This document shows, in pieces, positions 12,253 through 24,710 of a stretch of DNA of 64,000 bases (position 1 is its first letter; the number at the start of each line of letters is the position of its first letter). Under the pieces are notes generated by a model, which was not told the origin of the DNA, did not search any database, and was given only the letters and a program-made list of their open reading frames with translations. Made by a program: the position numbers and the translations under genes. Origin of the DNA: Setoptus koraiensis. Lineage: Eukaryota; Animalia; Arthropoda. The DNA is taken from the NCBI GenBank assembly GCA_048013815.1, contig CM106586.1:20522001-20586000 (forward strand). The letters are read 5' to 3'.

Positions 12253-13043
12253 ACAATGACATTGGTGACGCAATCTAACGGCGGGCACAGGCAATTGGCG
12301 ATCCACTCAATCTGGCCCCCCTCGAATCGAAAAGGGAGAGCGAACATAAACAATTAGTAAATTAAACTTAGAAAACATCGGGTGTCCATCGTGTGTCGGT
12401 TGTCGGGCCGATTTGCCCCAACTGCTGACACGAGAGAATCTAATCAAGTTGCATAATCAATAATAGAGCTTAATCAACCAACTCGCTGCATTCTATTACT
12501 TCTGTCTGTAATTAACTGTTGATTAGATCATTCATTAGTTTTATACGTCGTTGTTGAATTAATTTCAGCGTAGAAAACCTGTTGATGCCTGTTAAGTTGT
12601 GATGCGATACAATGTAAGATTCGACAACAATGGCAGAAAGAAGCTCGACTACGGTGGCGCCATCTGTTGGTGTGAGGCGCAAACAACTTTTGTTCGGTGG
12701 CATTCTCACATAGGGGGCACCAGCGTCGCTGTGTCTAATATACACTGTACTCTTAATTTTTTTTGATCGTCATTTGCATACTCTCTTGCGCTAATTATAA
12801 CTATTCACAACAACTGGATACCAAAAACTATATTAATTATATACTTTATTACAAGAATTATATAATTGCAAGTGAACAAGTTCTAATAGAATTGTAATGA
12901 CATTGCACATATGACATAGTTTGTCTTGACAGTTTGGTCTATTTGAAATTGTGTGCAAATGTGAGTGTCGTTTGTTTCAATGGTTACTGCGTTGAGTGGC
13001 GACGATATTAGGCGCTTGAGAGGATGACAGTTTATCTGTGTGT

Positions 13044-13396
13044 CTAATCTTTATAATCTTTATGCAAAATAGTTGCAATATAGTTAAGATTATAAGAGTG
13101 AGCGAGAGGGCATATTGAGACACCGGATGCGTTTAGTTTCGCTGGCAGTTGATGTATATGAGCGTCGTCATTAGTGGCGAGTCGCGTCAAGTCGCTACTC
13201 ATTTGACTAGATGCAAGCGGCCAACGAGCAGAAGCGACTAGCAAGGAAAAGAAGCGTTACAGTTAAGCTGGCCTATTCACAATTGGCCTTGTCAGCGTGT
13301 TATTAAGCACTCACTTGAGCACTTGCAGTGATAGTGAGAATTGCAACTGGCGAACGCTTCGGCCAGAGATTGCTGCTTGAGTGACTCCAAGATCAT
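13044..13396 (-). CDS. Possible 3' end of a spliced minus-strand gene, join(13396..13315,13237..13044); product unknown
   Basis: Candidate 77-nt intron 13314-13238 (AA|GTGAGT ... cttaact...cttcttttccttgcTAG|). The frame stays open across it (...KWEADVIMILESLKQQSLAEAFASCNSHYHCKCS|IASARWPL...KDYKD*). Minus-strand AATAAA at 12850-12845. No homology recognised, so it could be non-coding. Confidence 0.3.
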
Positions 13397-13460
13397 TATG
13401 ACATCCGCTTCCCACTTCTGCACTCGCTCTGGCTCGCTCGTTGAGCGATTGTTGGCCACT

Positions 13461-13565
13461 TGTTGTTGTCGTCGTTGCTGTTGTTGTCGTTGTTGTCGTC
13501 GTTGCTGTTGTTGTCGTTGTTGTCGTCGTTGCTGTTGTTGTCGTTGTTGTCGTCGTTGCCGTTGC
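13461..13565. repeat. 27-nt GTT/GTC triplet-based minisatellite, ~3.5 copies
   Basis: Unit gtcgtcgttgctgttgttgtcgttgtt. Confidence 0.85.
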
Positions 13566-16461
13566 CGTGCTCACACTCGAATCCAAGTCTCACTGCAACT
13601 CGCGGGCCACTTTCTCGTCTGGCCCAACTAATCACACATTAATGTAATGTAATCGCATCGGTGTGATTTATACATGTCATGTCGTGTAATCTTATGATGC
13701 AAGCGCTAGGCCCAGTTGCTGTTGCCGGCAATTGTTGTATATAATTGGTCAACTACCAATTACAGACGGCGTTGCATTTCTTGTAAACTTATTTTGTTTT
13801 TAATTTGTCTACGTTAATTGCATCATCTCATCTGCCCTTCAGGTGTCATCTTACCTCTCGTAGGCTGGCCGCCTCTATTTGTGCGCCTCTATATATTTAT
13901 ACAAACATCCCCGATACGAACACCACCAACTTGGCCCGGCCAGCGTTTTGCATCGCATCCGAGGCCAGGGATCCGACAGACTGGCCAGCAGATCCAAGCC
14001 ACTATTAGGGCCAGCCACACCGGGGTTTGCATTACAACTGGCCCATTTAAATGTGTATCACGCATATGAGCGTAACGCACGTTACACGAAATTGTGCCAG
14101 AATGTGCCTGATATCTGAGAAAAGTGTCCCGACTCAAGTTGCCAACTGTCGTTGGCTCGATCGCCGCCAGTCGTCCGGTGTTGTGGTTGGCGACATGTGC
14201 GCCAGATGACACCACCGGCGGGGCAAGTGTGCAATTAAGCAACTGTAATCCAATTACTAAATTACCAACTCGCCAGCCTCACTAGCCGCACTAGCCGCAC
14301 TAGCCACACTAGCCACACTAATGCCGCCCCCGAAGCGGCCCGACCCGCGGGTCGGACAAGCGGGCTCCCGTGGCCGAGCGGTCTTGGCGGCTCGGCCGGA
14401 CCGCTGCTCGTGATATAACTGCTTGAAGCGCATTGTTCGGATGGGTGGCTCAGAGGCCACTGATAATCGTGAGAGTGCCCGCGGACCCGGCGCTGTCGCT
14501 CGGACTCGGCGCTGCCGCTCGGACTCGGACTGGCCGAAGGCCGACCGGCAGCTGTCCGCTCGACGGGCGCAATTCAAACAGTTACATCACAATTACGCCA
14601 GATACCTAATTAGCATCTTGCTGGCCGTGGCCGCGTAATTGGCTGCGTGCAAGCACGCACGCGGCGCATCAGGTTGCCCGGCGCAGTGTCTAATGACGAA
14701 ATGATGGTCCGAAGATAATTCCAACACACGCCACCAGAACGACTGGACACAACGCCCGGGTACTGGCAGCGCTCGGTCACCCGCAGCACCCAGGCACTCG
14801 CAGCACTCGGGCACAGGTGAGCCGCTGGCGCAAGACCCGACGACGGGCGGGTGTCTCGGGCGGGTGAGCAAGTTGTGGCTCGGAGCGGTGGTCAGTGCGC
14901 GCGGCGAGAAGCCGCTCTGGTCAGATATCCGGGCAACATAACGGTGCCCGGTGGGCGCTGCCAACAGGGATAGATGAGAGTGGCTAGATTAGTGCGCGTT
15001 TTAGCGGAGCGCAGTCATTTATCAATTTATCATCTGATCACACACAATGGCCGCCAGCGAGAGAGCCACTCGCTTAGGTATCATCACCTACTACTGGCTA
15101 CATCCTGTCCGGTCTGTCGCTGTTCTGGTCAAGCTTTCGGGCGTTCGGATTGCGCCGCGTAGCGGCCGTTGCCATTGGCAGCGCCCACCGAATGCGAGCG
15201 CAGATTGGCTGCCCCAGATTGGCCCGCAACGGCGTCACAATCGGGCCAACTCGCGTCGCAATTGGCCCGAAGTAGGCGAAAATCGGCGAGAGTCGGCGAG
15301 AATCGGCGAGAACTGGGAGAGCGAGCGAAAAGAGCTTATAATGTGTTATTAGCGCCGGCCAGTGGCCACATTGGCACATTGGCTCGGTCCGGCCAGTGGA
15401 AGATTTGGCGAGAGTGGCCAAATGGAGCGCACAGTGAGTGTTTGTCTACTGACCGCTGCGGCTCTGGCACTAGAATGGCCGCGTTTGTGTGCCTAATGAG
15501 CGAGCAGCGAGGAATGGCCGCGAACTCGAAGGCGAACTCGCACAAAAACTCGCCGTTCGCTGCGAACGCTTCGCCCCGAAACGGGCGAGCGAGGTGCAAG
15601 AGGAGCGCGGCTTCACGTGCTTCACGCGCATCCTCCTTTCATCGTCAGCAACAGCAACAACAACAACAGCGCTGGCAATATAAACACGAGCACTATAACT
15701 TGGTATAACTCGCTATAACTGACAACAGACACAGCGAGGAATTCTGCAGAATCTGGCATCGATTCGCTGGCAGCCATTCGAAGCCATTAAATTCTTTTGC
15801 TCGCTGGCAGCGCTCGCAGTTCATTGCTCGCCTCTATTTAACTTGCTCAGAGGCTCGTGCTCCTGTTTAACTTGTTGATTGTTTTTTGGCCGCTGTCGTT
15901 GGCTGTTGCTGTTGCTGTCGTTGGCTGTTGTTGGCCGTGGTTGCCTGTTGTTGTTGCTGTCGTTGGCCGTGGCTGGCCGTGGTTGCCGGTTGTTGTTGCT
16001 GTCGTTGGCTGTCGTTGGTTGTTGTTGGCTGTCGTTGGCAGCACACCTATGGCTCTCATGCAACGAGACTCCAGTCACCATTGACCAGTGGCCAGTGTTG
16101 CATTGGGCCTGTTGTTGCGGCAGCCACGGCGTCTTCCACGGGGAGCTTTAAATCAGCTGTGAATAAGAGGGCAGATTTAAAGGAGAGAGAGAGAGAGAGA
16201 ATAGGAATATCGAGAAAGAACCAATGATGGTGCAGCGGCCAATCCTCGGCCGCACAATCATCTGCTTTCTCATGCTCGCATCAACAACAACAAAACCCAT
16301 CATCATGGCCCATGGACAAGCATCATTATTCTTTTGCCGTTTCTTTCTTCGCGTTCCGTTCGTTTATTACTATTATCATTATTATCTTGACAAATCTTAA
16401 TCTCCGCCATCGCTGCGCCATCGCTCCATTGACCATTCGAGCGCTGCACCACTGCATCGCT

Positions 16462-16608
16462 GCACCATTGGCACCATTGGCACCATTGGCACCATTGGCA
16501 CCATTGGCACCATTGGAACCACTGGAACCACTGGAACCAATGCACCATTGAACCAATGCACCGTCGACCAGTGCACCGTCGACCAGTGCACCGTCGACCA
16601 GTGCACCA
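16462..16608. repeat. Compound minisatellite: (gcaccattg)n, (ggaaccact)n, then (gcaccgtcgaccagt)x3
   Basis: Direct reading; a 9-nt unit changes into a 15-nt unit. Confidence 0.9.
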
Positions 16609-17163
16609 GCTAGCCGACGGTGGCCATTGTGGGCATCGTGTATTTATGTTTTATATCATTGTCAGCGATGATGGCACGGCTCGAATGGCTCGCTCCGACG
16701 TCCATTTATTTATATGTTCTGCTGCTGGCGCATTCATATTGTGACAAGACGCCGAGAATGGCTCTTCATGCCATGCGACCAAATGCGACCAAATGCGACT
16801 CCGATGGTCGGCCGGTCGTGCCCGAAGTATCGCCGACATCGCGTGTGCGACCATGCCGAGCGATGCGGGCCGCGATACCAGGCCCTGGCCACTCTTTCGG
16901 CCCGAGCACGCGCTCACCAGCGCTCGGGAGCGCTCGGGAGTGGCGAGCTTCCCGCGCGGCCCACTCGAGACTCGAGCGAGCGGCTAGCTCGCGATTGACC
17001 GGCCGCTCGTTGCGCCGGCTCGGCTTGTACGTCTCTGCGGGCCGTCCCGCCGGCCGAAGCGGGCGTCCGGTGGCGCACATGTGTCGTCGAGTCGTCACAG
17101 ACGGCGAGCCTAGGCGACTGCACGATGAGAAATCAATCATGTTGACAAGGTTTTCCTTCTCTC

Positions 17164-17334
17164 GCCACTGACAGGCGACTTGTCAGTGGCAATCTGACTC
17201 GCCGCTTACGACAAACTTGTTGCCGACTCCGTAGTACCCTTGCACCGAGCGCGGACTGCCTGCAGCGCCGCGCTCGGTGCCCTCGGTACTACCGAGCCGG
17301 TAGTCCGCTGGGCACGCGGTCTGCGCAGACCGCG
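17164..17334. repeat. Cluster of four adjacent inverted repeats/hairpins
   Basis: 17164-17173/17181-17190 (10 bp), 17242-17254/17268-17280 (13 bp), 17282-17296 overlapping 17288-17304 (7 bp each), 17315-17334 (20-nt perfect palindrome). Confidence 0.9.
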
Positions 17335-20180
17335 GAACGCCCCGCAATGCGCTCAGCGACAGCGTAGCGGTCTTGGCTAGATCGGGAAATTGATTAGGAT
17401 TAGAGTTGCTGGAATTGTAATTAATATGAAGACGCTCGCATAGACGCAGCGATGTTGTCGGCGCTTCCATTGATCAGCTGATTGATGATGTTATCTCGTT
17501 GTGTGTCATTCTGGAATGATTATTATACACACACACACACACACACTGGCGACAGTAATTATAAGTGGCCAGTTGGCCGGCGTTTCTTTTCCGTCGCTGC
17601 GGCCGGTCGCCGCAATGACCGATCAGCTGACCGGCCGCTGGCCAGTGTGGCCGCCGGTCGGACGGTGCGACTCGTATGCGGCTCGTATGCGCCTCGCATG
17701 CGCCTCGTATGCGGCCGGCCGACGGGCACCGATCAGCTGACGCGCTGACGGCGATTGGCATTCGAAATAATAAAAAAATAAGCAGCAATTCAATTGGCGA
17801 AGCTCGCGATCGGCTCTCACTTGCGAGCCACTAATCACAGCTTGAATCTTTGACCAATCGCCGATGTGCGACTTGCCAGCGCGCCGACTGTCTGACCGGC
17901 CGGCCGGCCCGGAGTGGTCAGACGGTCGGCGTTTAGCTGATCATTACCACGGCATTATCGTTATTGTTCCTTATTTCGCATGCTTATTTGGCCGGCCGCT
18001 GGCCGGCCAACGAGCGAGCCCGGCAAAGAGCCGTCGAGGGAGCGAGCCGGCGACCAGCGAGCCACCGACGACCGGCGACCGGCCGCACCGATGCGGGCCA
18101 GTGTGCGGTGCGCCGTCTCACGACATGAAATAATCGGCTCGATGACGATGATTAAGTGAGCGTCCAACTCCCGCCACGATCACGCTGACAGCCGGCCGGG
18201 CCGGCCGCAGAGTCACTGAAGCGGACGAGCGGCGCTCCCATTGGCTCTTTGCGCTTTAAATTGCGCCGAGCTCCCCTGCGCCCCTGCGGCACACGGTCTC
18301 AGACTGTCAGTGTGTGCGCGTCGCCGGGCCGCACAAGACGGGCATTTCCAAGATCGACGATTGTCGAGCCATTGTCGCAGGAATTTGTTGTTTCGTGTCT
18401 CGCGTTATTATGTTCTTACTGTTTGTGTGAGTCGAGCTTGGGAGGCGGCCCCAATGTCACGTTGCGGGTCGCGGGTGTCGGGTCGCTTTTGTCGGGTTGC
18501 GGGTGTCGGGTTGCGTTTGTCGGGTCGCGGGTCGCGCGTGTCGGGTTTCGAGTTGCGGATCGCGGGTCGGGCAGGGTCGCCCCTTCCGCCGAGTTCGAGC
18601 CGCTCTGGGCAGGGCGGCGAGCGGTGCCCGGAGCGACAAACTTGCGACCAATCGTGGCGACATTCCCGTCACAATGCACAATCCATTCATTTGGCCAGAG
18701 GTGAGTGGCGCAGTTGTGCCACTGTCCGGCTCTGGACAGTGGCACAACTGCGGCCATTGTGATTGACCGATTCATTCATCGGGAATCGGCAATAGCAAAT
18801 CGCTAGCGTCCGCTCATAGGGCCGGCAAACGGCGTGTCGGGCCAGCAGCGACAATTGTCCGCCGCGACCAGGTAAGCAACACAAACACAAACAATGTCGT
18901 GCAACTGTGACAGTTAGTTTGTGTGCCAACGAGCAATTGGTCAAGCGTTGGCAGCGGCCAGTTTGGCACCGCAAATAGCCCATTGCGGCAACAATTGTGT
19001 GCCAACTCGTGTTCATTATCGTGCGCTCCTCGTTGTGTCCGCCACCACCGCTGACCACTGGCCACTGTCACCGTGAGCGCTGGCCACTGGTCACCGCTGA
19101 CCACTGGCCGCTGCGGCCGCTGGCCAGCCGAGTGATCGCGCAGAGCGAGAGCGAAAGAGTTGAGTGTGTTTGCCGGGCAAGGCACGTTGTCGCCGTCGGA
19201 CGCCATCGGACGCCGTCGGACAAGTCGTTACAAGAGGCGCCGCTCGAACACAATCGCACGATTTGCGCACATGACAGCTGACCGGCGACCGGTAACGATC
19301 GGGCCGGCGCGGCGAGCAGCGATGCGCCCGATTGAGAGACCAAACAACAAATGAGTGCATGCCCAAGCGCCAATTACACAGCCGGCATATGGGCACTCGC
19401 ATACTCATTTCAATATATCATCCGTTGCGGGTCGAGTTTGAACGAACGGCCGCCGCCGCCGCCGTCGTCCCGTCTAACGGTGAAGCGGTGATTTGCGCGT
19501 GAATATCCAACTGAGCTCTAATCTGGTTTAATCTTGATTTAAATTTCACGTTGCCAAGCACGACTGCCGCACAATACCTGGCGCGGTGCATCCCGCACAA
19601 TACCTGGCGCGGCACATCCTGGTGGCGGGCCGGCTCGATCATCGTCGAGCCGGTCGGGCCGCCATCACGATGCAACGCGCAACGCCCACCGAACTGACCG
19701 CCGGCCGACAGGTTGAGCTGACAGTTGCGAGCTTGTGAGTCTCGACCTGTTTGCAACTGGACATCGGGCGAAATCAGCTGACTGCCGACAATCGAGCCGA
19801 CGGAACCAGGTGAGGCGACGGCGACGACGATGACGCTGATGACGACGCCGATGCTGATGATGACGACGATGATGATGATGATGACGATGATGATGATGAT
19901 GATAAATGAAACAACAGCAACAACGTAATGAGTGCAGTGCCGCCAATTGGTCACCATGGCCAACAGCGGTTGTCGCGAACAGTCAGCTGCTCTAGTCAAC
20001 AACGGTGGTTGCTGTCAGGCTTGTCGGGCCTGCGACAAGCAGGCAAGGGCGACCTTGAATAATTATTATTATTATGCAATAGCGATCATTATAATGGCAT
20101 GGCGACGTGCGTTGCTTGGCCGGTTGTCGCTGGCCGGGCCAAACAGCATCGGCGATGCATGAACTCGCTACTGCCGCCGC

Positions 20181-20240
20181 TGCTGCTATTACATAACTAG
20201 TGCTGCTATTACATAACTAGTGCTGCTATTACATAACTAG
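20181..20240. repeat. 20-nt perfect tandem repeat (tgctgctattacataactag) x3
   Basis: Three identical copies. Confidence 0.97.
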
Positions 20241-20661
20241 TATGTATGCTATTAATGATAGTGGCAACTTTACAATTGACGACGGATGATTCCTCCTCAC
20301 CTCGCCTCACCTATTTCCTTCCGTTGCGGCGCTTGTTGTGTCGCCGGTGGCCGGTTGTCGTTGTCTCACTGGCGGTGAGTGGCCATTCGGTTGTTGTTGC
20401 TGTTGTTGTCCGAGTGGCTGGTGAAAGAGAGGTGACTGGTGGGCTGTCTTGTTGTTTTTATTCATGGCGCGGTCGCCCTCTGCTGTTGGTGAGCGCAAAC
20501 TACAACATTTTTATAAAATTGCCATGCTCTCTCTCTCTCTTTCTCTCATGCAACTCTCGTCGCTGGCTTGTGCAACAACTCTGATCAGCTGACGGCAGAT
20601 TATCTCAAAACTGAATCAGCGCTAATGGCGTTGCGCAACTAATCACCTCACAATATACTGT

Positions 20662-20701
20662 ACAACAACAGCAACAACAACAGCAACAACAACAGCAACA
20701 A

Positions 20702-20736
<35 letters not shown>

Positions 20737-20752
20737 ACAGCAACAACAACAG
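20662..20752. repeat. (CAA/CAG)n triplet tract, apparently non-coding
   Basis: Direct reading; no supporting ORF or splice context. Confidence 0.9.
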
Positions 20753-21547
20753 AGCTACCTGTGCCGTGTTGTGTGTGCAGTGCCCACACAAAACATGACG
20801 AGGCCACGTGAATAGAGCTGTGATTTTCGTGTCACTCTATATAACTGACACATCATAAATTTTTGTCACCAGTTTATTAGTTTATTGGGCTGAACTGCCA
20901 ACTGGAGCATTTGTCAACTCAATTGTGTCTCACCTGTCGTTTCGTCCACCCATCAGTTGAGCCGGCCAACTGGCTCGACAGCGAGCTGGCGAGCTCGTCA
21001 GGCGACTGTTGTCGTTTAGTCACCTGAATAGTGTGCTGGCGCCAATTAGTTGCGTAACACCGACGCTTACGGTTGCTGGTGTGTGCATTGTGTGCTGGTG
21101 TGTGCATTGTGCGCTGGTGTGTGCATTATGGCACAGCGAGCATTGCCAGCGCCACGCGCGTGTGTCTGAATGGCTCGGCACAGCATGCGACAGTTGGCGC
21201 TGGCCAATCCGCACCCATGCCTGCCTGGCCGCACTGCCCGCCACTGGCTTTGCCTGCAGCCTGCAGGATCATGCGCGCGTCGGCGGCACAGATTGGGGCA
21301 ACGCGCTCGCGCTGTGCCCTGTGCCGCAAGTAGCCCCACTAGCCCGCCACTGGCCACTTGCTGCCTGCTGCACGCTTGCTGATATCGACACCGGAAGTGT
21401 TCGATTAGCCACGAGTCGTCGTGGCCAACGAAAATCCCACGACTGCGATCGCGCCAGGTTGCCACGATTGGCCGCCAGTCGGTGGCACAGAGCGTGCGGC
21501 CGACAGAACGAGCACGAGAGGGCAGCAATTGCAGCTTTTGCGCCCCG

Positions 21548-21586
21548 CTCTGACAAAAATTGTGCGACTCACAATTTTTGTCAGAG
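21548..21586. repeat. Perfect 17-bp inverted repeat with 5-nt loop
   Basis: ctctgacaaaaattgtg-cgact-cacaatttttgtcagag. Confidence 0.95.
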
Positions 21587-22103
21587 TCTGAGAGTGTGCC
21601 GTCGGTGCGTCACAAGTGCATGGGGTGTGCGAGATATGCTGCGCGCCATTAGGGCGCCATTTCAGCGTATATCGTTACGATATACGGCATACGATATGTG
21701 CGTATATGCGCGCGGCACAGACGCGGACTGGGCGCCTATGTCGGGCCTAACCAGCCAATTGCACAATTAGGCGCCACGTCCAATTGGCGCTTGCGTCACA
21801 GTTGCTGCGAGCTTGCGCCAATTTGCATGCCCGCGCTCGCGACTAGCTCACCCTCGGCGGTTGCAGTTGTTGTTGTTGTTGTCGGTGCCGCCGTTGTTGT
21901 TGTTGGCGCTGTTGTTGCTGCCGTTGTTGTTGGCGGTGCTGTTGCTGCCGTTGTTGCCGTTGATGCTGCTATGGTTGTTGTTGTGGTGGTGGTGGTGGTA
22001 GTTGTGGCGGTTGTTGCAGTTGTCGCTGCTGTTGCAGTTGTCGCAATGCGCTGCGCATTGTTGTTGCGTTGCGCAATTGTCGGTAATGCCGGCGTCGCAT
22101 AAC

Positions 22104-22136
<33 letters not shown>

Positions 22137-24700
22137 GCGTTCAAGGTTAGATGCCCGGAGTTACCTGTTCTGTCGTCTTGGTCTCATCGTCTAGTCTTAC
22201 AGTTGTTAGTGGCTTTCACAAGCGCGACTGTGTGAGCACGCCAGCGCCGTGAGTCAGCGCCGCCGCCAGGCTGCGCACAGGTGAGCTGTCGGTGGTGCAT
22301 TTAGTGGAGGCAGCCATCAACTTTCACCTGTCTTATCGCGGGCCTTATTTATACAGGCTGCCTAACTACTGCAAGTCAAAGTGTAAAGTGTGCACTGTGC
22401 TGTTGGCTGTCGGTGGTTGGTTGTTGCCGTCGGTTGTTGCTGTCGGTTGTTGTCGGTCGGCTGTTGTCGGTCGGTTGTTGTCGGTCGGCTATTGGCTGTT
22501 GGGCAGCAGTTGTTGCCGAAGCCGAGCAACGCCGCTGCTCATGCAAAGAGTGCCCATGGACACACTGGCGCAACACTGGCTCACAGCACTGGCAGCACTC
22601 GCAAAACGAAAACTCGGCAAACAACAACATATTGGCCATACACACAGCCGGCCGGCCGGCCAGCCAGCCAGACACACACACAGACGGGCAGGCTGTTCGG
22701 ACAGGTGAGCTGTGCCCATTCCAACAGTGTATGTGTGTGTGTGCGTGTGTGTGTGACAGGTAACAGCGCCAGCAGGCCAGACAAAACTGACAAAGCTCGC
22801 GAGCTGTTTGGCTGGCTGGCTGGCTGGCTGTGCAACAAAAGAACAAGAGAACAAGGTGGTCACCTTGTGGCCAGACTCATCTCTATTTATTGTTTGTCTA
22901 CCTTTGTCTGGCCGGCTACCTGCGCACTGCGGCTGTCGGTCGCAACTGGCTCATATTTGCATGTTGTTGCTGTTGTTGCTGCTGCTGCTGTTGTTGCTGC
23001 TGCTGCTGTTGCGGCTACATGTTGCTGTTGCGGCTACACGACGTTGCCCAAGCCCGAGCCGAGCCCGAGCGGCATCGAGCCGGCGACTCGCGACTGCAGT
23101 GTTAGTCACCTGTAATTTTTATCGCTTTTCCACAATCATGCTGTTCCGCGATACACACACGCTATTGGCGCTGGCTGTTCGCCTATCATAGTTGCGGCCT
23201 ATGCCAATATGCGCTGGCTGACAAGATAAAAGGATAAAAGTTATTGTATTATCGATACGCACAACACTGCTCGCCGGGCCGTGTGTTTGTCTCTGTCTGT
23301 CATGAGCAAATGGGTGACAATTAATCAATTATCTCGTCGACTTGGCAACACGCCGCACGCTGCCGCTGCTGGCTGCGAACTCGCCAAACAACATTTGATC
23401 GAGCTCTCTCTCTCGCTGTCGGCCCTCGGTCTCTCTCGTTCGCGAATGGCGGCGATCCGACTCGGCGATTCATATCGGCGCTCATGATCGGCCACGACGA
23501 CCGCGGCGCCCGCTCAGGTGAGCCGGCCGGCCGGCCAACAATGGTCACCGCTGGCCGTTCTCTCGCTCCGTCAGCTGCGAGTCGCCGCTTGAGTCACCTC
23601 CGCTCCGAGTTGCCGCCGCTCGGCGTTGCCTCCGCTCCGAGTTACCGCCGCTCGGGGTAATCTCAGAGCGGAGCCGGGTTGTTCTCGCTGATGCAAGACA
23701 CACGCAGCAGCAGCGTCGCCGAAAATGGCCAGAAATGAGCTTGGCCAGGCTCGTTGGTGCTCAGGCAAATCACCGGCAGCAGCTTGCTTTATCCGCGACA
23801 CAGCGACACACATAGACATAGAGAGACACGGAGAGACATGGAGAGACACGGAGAGACATGGCGAGACTGTCTGGCGAGCCGGCCGAGATTTCCTCGGCGC
23901 AGTCAACTAATAATACCCTGCCAATAGCTTGTCTCGGCGGCGCTGAGGCAGCCCTGCAGTCGGCGCAAGCGATCAGCTGTGGCCAATCTGTCTGCGACTT
24001 CCGCCGCTGAGTGAGCGAATCGGCGCCAGATGGCGCTTCTCGCAACTCACAGTCCCCTCTGTTCGTGGTGTCGCCGTGAGCCACCGCCCACCGCCAAACA
24101 GCCCGGCCCGCGACGGCCGCTCGGGCTCGATCGCGGGCTCGATCGCGGGCTCGACTGTCCGATCGGACGCTGCCGAGACGGGCGAACCAGATCGAGGGCT
24201 CGTGTGAAAAGATCAGACCGAATTGAATCGGCGCATTTGGCACGCAACAGACGCGTAGCTCACGTAACTGTTCGTGTGCGCGCTCGCCGCGCCACTAAGC
24301 CGCCGACCGGCCAGTGGATTTAGGCAAATTTGTGCATCGCATCCAATCTGGCGACAGGTGGCGAGCGCTCGTGGCCAAGGCTACAGCTGACTTGTGAAAG
24401 CTCATTAGCGTTTGTGCGCCACTAATGAACTAATGAGCCAACGTGAGAGCGAGCGAGCTGTGCGCATGAGCGTGTTTTGCGCGTGCACAACTCAGTGTCG
24501 CGCGCGCGCGCGCGCGCCAGGTCTTTCGCAAAATCTTTCGCAAAATAGTGCGCTCAGCTGGCGCCTGCTGCAGCCAACATAACTCGCGCTAATTGAGAAA
24601 TAATGAGTGTTGCGCGCGAACAGCATTTCGCATCACTATTTCGCGAAATCCCTAGCATCTTTTGCATCACTACTTTGCGGGCCCGGCCCGGCAGTGCTGG

Positions 24701-24710
24701 CTATAAATAG
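24701..24710 (+). promoter_or_regulatory. MEF2-consensus / TATA-like site CTATAAATAG
   Basis: Exact match to YTA(A/T)4TAR, set inside the inverted repeat ctggcta-taaa-tagccag. Function unverified. Confidence 0.25.

Noticed and set aside
14593-14964. Cys-containing 123-aa minus ORF behind a plausible acceptor
   Set aside because: No recognisable domain in any frame and no convincing link to neighbouring exons.
17833-17855. aatcacagc...ctttga resembling miR-2 family seed
   Set aside because: No upstream complementary arm and a poor match beyond the seed.
19750-19905. LQLDIGRNQL (LRR-like) and a poly-Asp-encoding GAT/GAC tract
   Set aside because: Both are bounded by immediate in-frame stops with no usable splice sites; most likely chance and a simple repeat.
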